Origin: an uncultured Candidatus Saccharibacteria bacterium
GTDB taxonomy: Bacteria; Patescibacteriota; Minisyncoccia; Ryanbacterales; GWA2-47-10b
DNA: 64,000 bases
Reading direction: 5' to 3'
Assembly (NCBI GenBank): GCA_964356915.1
Contig: CAYHJF010000002.1
Span: 148,522 to 212,521, forward strand
Shown here: in pieces, positions 60,100 to 64,000 of the stretch
Numbering within the stretch: position 1 is the stretch's first letter
Layout of the letters: each line of letters begins with the position of its first letter
Notes under the pieces: generated by a model
Database searches by the model: none
Seen by the model: the letters and a program-made list of their open reading frames with translations, nothing else
Told to the model about the DNA's origin: nothing
Position numbers and translations under genes: made by a program

Positions 60100-61240
60100 G
60101 TATCTCTACCCTCCCTCGGTCGTCGTAGGTGATCTTTCGGCAAGTGCCGAATATCGGCATTGCCTTAATCACAGCTGCGTCTACTTCTTGAAGCACGCTG
60201 TGAGGCATCAGAACATTGTGCGCGACGACCGTCGCACCACGCCTGAAGCACTCCTCATCCCTATGATTAATAGCAAATACTTCTCGAACCTTGCCACGCG
60301 GCGCAAGAATGCTTCGCGTAACTTGCTGGTCACGAGAAAATATCATTTCATCACGGACAAATAATACGAAGTCGTTCGGGTCTTGAGCGCCTCTCATAAG
60401 CTCGCGGATTACCCTCGTCTCTTCATCTTCTTCTCCGACAGGATACTCATCAAAGAGTAATCGTGAATAAAGAGGTCCCACTGCAAGACGCTTGAGCATT
60501 TTTGGATGGATCGGCTCGAGAGCATCATCAATACCCGCAAGCACAATCGCAACCTTTTCGGGCGCTCGAGAACCTTCAGCCCTCACTTTTGCGATGAACT
60601 GCAGGTAATTAGGACCCTGATCTTCAAGCGGTTGTTCCGTAAGATCCTGATGAAACACCATGACATGAATATGCGGAATACTTGTGGTGAAATCGAAGTT
60701 CCCCCACGAAAAAAAGTATTCGCGCGCGTTTGCGGTATCACCCTTCGGATGACGTATGAGCGCCCCCGGAGTAAACGGCAAAAGCACGCTATCTTCTTTC
60801 AGCATTTCGAGATAACTTCTTTCAGCCAACTGCCACAATACTTCCGATCGCTCACGACCCTCTTTCAAAAGGCCGTCGAGTACTTCACGCACCAAAATGG
60901 CACGGGCTGGAAGTATTTTGAGACGTTCATCTCGTACACGAAGATCATCGGCAATTCCATAGAATTCCTGTGCATTTGGGAATCCGGAATTGATCATATC
61001 AACCCAGAGAGATCGCCCGATATTTGCTGAACGCGAAACATATTTTATCCGCAAAAGCTGAACCGTAAAGAGCAGCTTTTCAATAAACGTTCGGATCACA
61101 TCTACTTCATGACTTTTACGAGTGTCTGCTGGATATGCTGCAAGCGCTCGCCTGCACATCTCACCAAGCATATTGAAGTATCGCGCATACGCGTCCTCAC
61201 CACTCAACGTCCTGAAATCAAACCCTTCGCGCTCTACCAC
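60089..61240 (-). CDS. Uncharacterised cytoplasmic protein
   Basis: AAGGAG RBS + GTG; overlaps the ATPase start. Confidence 0.75.
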   Translation of the reverse strand: MVEREGFDFRTLSGEDAYARYFNMLGEMCRRALAAYPADTRKSHEVDVIRTFIEKLLFTVQLLRIKYVSRSANIGRSLWVDMINSGFPNAQEFYGIADDLRVRDERLKILPARAILVREVLDGLLKEGRERSEVLWQLAERSYLEMLKEDSVLLPFTPGALIRHPKGDTANAREYFFSWGNFDFTTSIPHIHVMVFHQDLTEQPLEDQGPNYLQFIAKVRAEGSRAPEKVAIVLAGIDDALEPIHPKMLKRLAVGPLYSRLLFDEYPVGEEDEETRVIRELMRGAQDPNDFVLFVRDEMIFSRDQQVTRSILAPRGKVREVFAINHRDEECFRRGATVVAHNVLMPHSVLQEVDAAVIKAMPIFGTCRKITYDDRGRVEIHGV

Positions 61241-61260
61241 ACAGCTCTCCTTTCGTGAAC

Positions 61261-61294
61261 AAAAACGGGAGGTGACCCTGTTGGGCCCCTCCCG
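61261..61294 (-). terminator. Internal terminator/attenuator hairpin after the coiled-coil gene
   Basis: CGGGAGG...CCTCCCG stem then TTTTT. Confidence 0.6.
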
Positions 61295-61306
61295 CGTGGG
61301 TTTGCA

Positions 61307-62668
61307 CTAGAACGAACGCGGCCTATCAGGGCGAGAATCTTCTCCGCCCGATGCACCGGTCTCTTCTCCCTCGAAACGAAAGAACGAACTATTTGTGGGA
61401 TCAATTCCATATTGAGCCTTGAACGCCGCAATCGCTTCACGTTCACGATGACGAATCTGTGCGACCGCCTCCGCCTGCGCTGCTGCGATTCCTGCGAGCT
61501 GGCGTATGATATCCGGATGTTTTTCGACGCGATCCATCCGAAGACGATCTGACAGAGCACCAGCACTTGCCATATACTCTGCGTTGCGTAAATCCACTTC
61601 AACACCAACCTCATCGAGCCGCCGAGCAATGTCCTGATCGGCCATACCCTTCTGCGCCTCGAGTCGGGAACGGAATGTAATTACCCGTGCCTCGGTATCA
61701 GACCGAAGCATCGTGATCCACATACGCATGTTATCGCGGAGCTTCATTTGAGTACGCTCATGGATGAGCATATCTTCCGCAAATCGCTCCTTTGACTGGA
61801 AGTAAATCAACGCCGTATTATGTTCACCTCGAACCTGCTCAACCTTGGCACGCAATGCTGCGATTGCCTCGGTTTGGCGAGCATGATCAGGGGTCCCATT
61901 TTCGAGACCACGGAGCTTTTCTTCTTCGGTCTGCAACTCCGCCTCAACCTCTGTGAGACCGCCTTGGAGTTTTTCGAGCGCCTGTGCGGCACGGCCCTTC
62001 TCTTCGAAGGTTCGTACGCGCGCAGCACCGACAACCTGCACTTGCGTATTGATCTCTTCGCGACGCGCTTCCATGATCTGCACGGTACGCTCAACACGAA
62101 GAGTGAACTCCTGCAAAGATGCTTCCATATCAGCCCCCTGAAGACGTGCTCGCATTTTGCGTTGTGCATCTTCAGTCGCCGTCTTAATCGCCCCTTTTGC
62201 AACTCTGATATTTTCTTCAGCAGCCGCTATTGCACGACCCTTGAAGAACGTCTTTTGCTTAGCCACTTCGAGCTCAGCTTCACCAGCCGTCTGATCAGCA
62301 GTTGCCTTATCAATAGGCGCCTGCTCATTGGTATTAAACTTACCAAGATTTGTATATTCGGCTCCCATTTGCTCGATAATCGTATTGAGACCAAAAACTG
62401 CCGCGGCGAGATCTTTCTCCTCCGTAGCAGCGTCTTGCTCAAGCGCTTCGAGCGTAGTCTCGAGTACACGAAGACGCGCATCTCGCACGCCCTTATCGCG
62501 GATTTTTACCGCTTCCTTGATTTGATCTTCTACACCTGCGATCTGACGTTCAAGCGCGTTTGCACTCCCCGTCCTATCACGAACTCGATCGATCGCCTGG
62601 TTCGTATTTCCCAAGAGATCCTGAAGAATTTGAGACGAATCAACGACGGCAGCACCCTGTTCGGGCAT
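61307..62668 (-). CDS. Long all-helical coiled-coil protein
   Basis: AAGGAG RBS before ATG 62668; A/E/R/Q-rich heptads, no TM. Confidence 0.8.
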   Translation of the reverse strand: MPEQGAAVVDSSQILQDLLGNTNQAIDRVRDRTGSANALERQIAGVEDQIKEAVKIRDKGVRDARLRVLETTLEALEQDAATEEKDLAAAVFGLNTIIEQMGAEYTNLGKFNTNEQAPIDKATADQTAGEAELEVAKQKTFFKGRAIAAAEENIRVAKGAIKTATEDAQRKMRARLQGADMEASLQEFTLRVERTVQIMEARREEINTQVQVVGAARVRTFEEKGRAAQALEKLQGGLTEVEAELQTEEEKLRGLENGTPDHARQTEAIAALRAKVEQVRGEHNTALIYFQSKERFAEDMLIHERTQMKLRDNMRMWITMLRSDTEARVITFRSRLEAQKGMADQDIARRLDEVGVEVDLRNAEYMASAGALSDRLRMDRVEKHPDIIRQLAGIAAAQAEAVAQIRHREREAIAAFKAQYGIDPTNSSFFRFEGEETGASGGEDSRPDRPRSF

Positions 62669-62716
62669 CGCTATCTCCTTGTTCGTTGCCAAGTTTTCAA
62701 GCAACGGTCTAGAAGA

Positions 62717-62746
62717 ATTCTTACAACATTATAAGCAAAAAGTCAA
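62717..62746 (-). promoter_or_regulatory. Promoter motif copy 1
   Basis: TTGACT-17 nt ending TTG-TAAGAAT. Confidence 0.6.
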
Positions 62747-62772
62747 GGTTATACACGCACCACCAAAACCCG

Positions 62773-63420
62773 CTATCCTCCTGCCTGCCAACGTAAAATC
62801 GCCTGTGCTGGGTAAACGAGCATAATGATATTAAGTGTAAGATTATCGCGGATAAAATAGGCCACGCCAACCTCCATAATGACGGTCAGCGCAATCGTCA
62901 GCCATACAGGCATCCGAGAAACAAGCCAAAAACCAAAAATCATTGCGAGCACATCAAACGTTGAATTAAGAATACTATCACCATAATACCCCCATGAAAT
63001 CGTCACCTCTCGATACCGATTAATGACCATTGGAGTATTTTCAAAAACTTCCCATGCTACTTCAAATGCTGTAGCAATCGCAAGACGTACCCTAATTGGT
63101 ATCCGACGAGCGAATAGCCACAAGAGCGCATAAAATCCAAATCCATGAATAACGTGAGAAAATGTATACCAATCAGAAATGTGCTGTGAATTTTCCGCGC
63201 TCGCGACGACTCCCTGCCATAATTTTATATATCCACATTGGCATATAACAACACGGCCCATTACAAATTCAAAAAACGCGCCCAATATAATAATAGAAAA
63301 AACGAGCACCGCATCTACGTACCACGCGGCAGATCGTCCACGCCAATACCCTAAGCGAATTGCCACTAACGCGCCCGTGATACCAAGTATAAAAAGAGGA
63401 GCACTATATCCATCAAGCAT
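62773..63420 (-). CDS. DUF2585/UPF0314 membrane protein
   Basis: MGR..IC.CG..KLW.G, SQHISDWYTFSHVIHG, WEVFENTP, RDNLTLN. Confidence 0.85.
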   Translation of the reverse strand: MLDGYSAPLFILGITGALVAIRLGYWRGRSAAWYVDAVLVFSIIILGAFFEFVMGRVVICQCGYIKLWQGVVASAENSQHISDWYTFSHVIHGFGFYALLWLFARRIPIRVRLAIATAFEVAWEVFENTPMVINRYREVTISWGYYGDSILNSTFDVLAMIFGFWLVSRMPVWLTIALTVIMEVGVAYFIRDNLTLNIIMLVYPAQAILRWQAGG

Positions 63421-63461
63421 AATCTTAGTATATCAAAATAAAAATGCCGCATCGATTGCGG

Positions 63462-63689
63462 CTATTTATATGCAGATCCCTCCCAACACTCAAAAACGGT
63501 ATTGCCCTTTTCCGCTGCTACACGCGTCATAATTCCCTCACAAGCAACTTTCGTATCAAAGGGGCCAATAACCATATAGATTCGAGGAGAAAAATTACCA
63601 GCAGGACCAGCCATTAAAAACCACCACGCAAAAAATATACTCAATGAACTATGAAAGCACCGTTCAATTATTTTATGTGGATTGAACAC
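63462..63689 (-). CDS. Small hypothetical (possibly exported) protein
   Basis: GAGGTG RBS; hydrophobic segment, GPF..KVAC..C; hairpin GCCGCA/TGCGGC after the stop. Confidence 0.45.
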   Translation of the reverse strand: MFNPHKIIERCFHSSLSIFFAWWFLMAGPAGNFSPRIYMVIGPFDTKVACEGIMTRVAAEKGNTVFECWEGSAYK

Positions 63690-63749
63690 CTCTCATCACC
63701 TCTCTCTATACTGTGTACCATGCTCCTCCCTACAAATTCAAGACAACCT

Positions 63750-64000
63750 CTACCTGCGCCAATAATCAATAAAGGCAATATAAAAATAAGCAACACCGAC
63801 TTGATACATGAGCTTCACGCGCTCTTTTGTACCCTCTAAAAACCCATACTTTTGCTCTTTAATAGTTTGACGATAAGAAAATACTTTATATCCGAGCTTT
63901 CCTCCCCGTTTTTTTACAAATACATTAAGTCCTGTTTCTATTCGAAATCCTTTTTTATAAAATACCGGCAACGCATCCCAGTCACCTCGTAATACACATC
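63750..64000 (-). CDS. C-terminal part of a probable GT2 glycosyltransferase (runs off window)
   Basis: Open frame to the edge: KGFRIETGLN...KEQKYGFLEG...R. Confidence 0.45.
   Translation of the reverse strand, partial: CVLRGDWDALPVFYKKGFRIETGLNVFVKKRGGKLGYKVFSYRQTIKEQKYGFLEGTKERVKLMYQVGVAYFYIAFIDYWRR

Noticed and set aside
61820-62734. 304-aa plus-strand ORF
   Set aside because: Antisense shadow of the coiled-coil gene, with no RBS or motifs

Overview
This window looks like a Patescibacteria (CPR, probably Parcubacteria) chromosome segment in standard genetic code. That assignment is inferred from gene content, the minimal ATP synthase subunits and CPR-style small genes. From left to right it holds: a surface-glycan/GT-C glycosylation operon (1-11.5 kb); three GC-rich, secreted, Cys-rich proteins that share modules in a mosaic pattern, interleaved with uppP/dedA (11.9-16.9 kb); DNA repair and redox genes; two beta-carbonic-anhydrase-like genes; a complete F1Fo operon; and a CdaA-YbbR fusion and tgt. 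It then carries a complete diversity-generating retroelement (34.5-37.2 kb). Its TR/VR pair has 19 of 19 mismatches at TR adenines, avd is encoded antisense between TR and RT, and a C10 tract sits at the avd/RT junction. Further right are a Gly-rich surface protein, a lone purF, queA, pyk, an ECF sigma module, obgE and a tautomerase/MqsA-like pair. Finally there is an uncharacterised six-gene system (54.5-62.7 kb): long coiled-coil protein, unknown protein, AAA+ ATPase, DUF6638-like protein and two membrane proteins, in two operons preceded by the same unusual promoter motif. No rRNA, tRNA or CRISPR array was seen. All family assignments come from motif recognition by eye; no searches were run.
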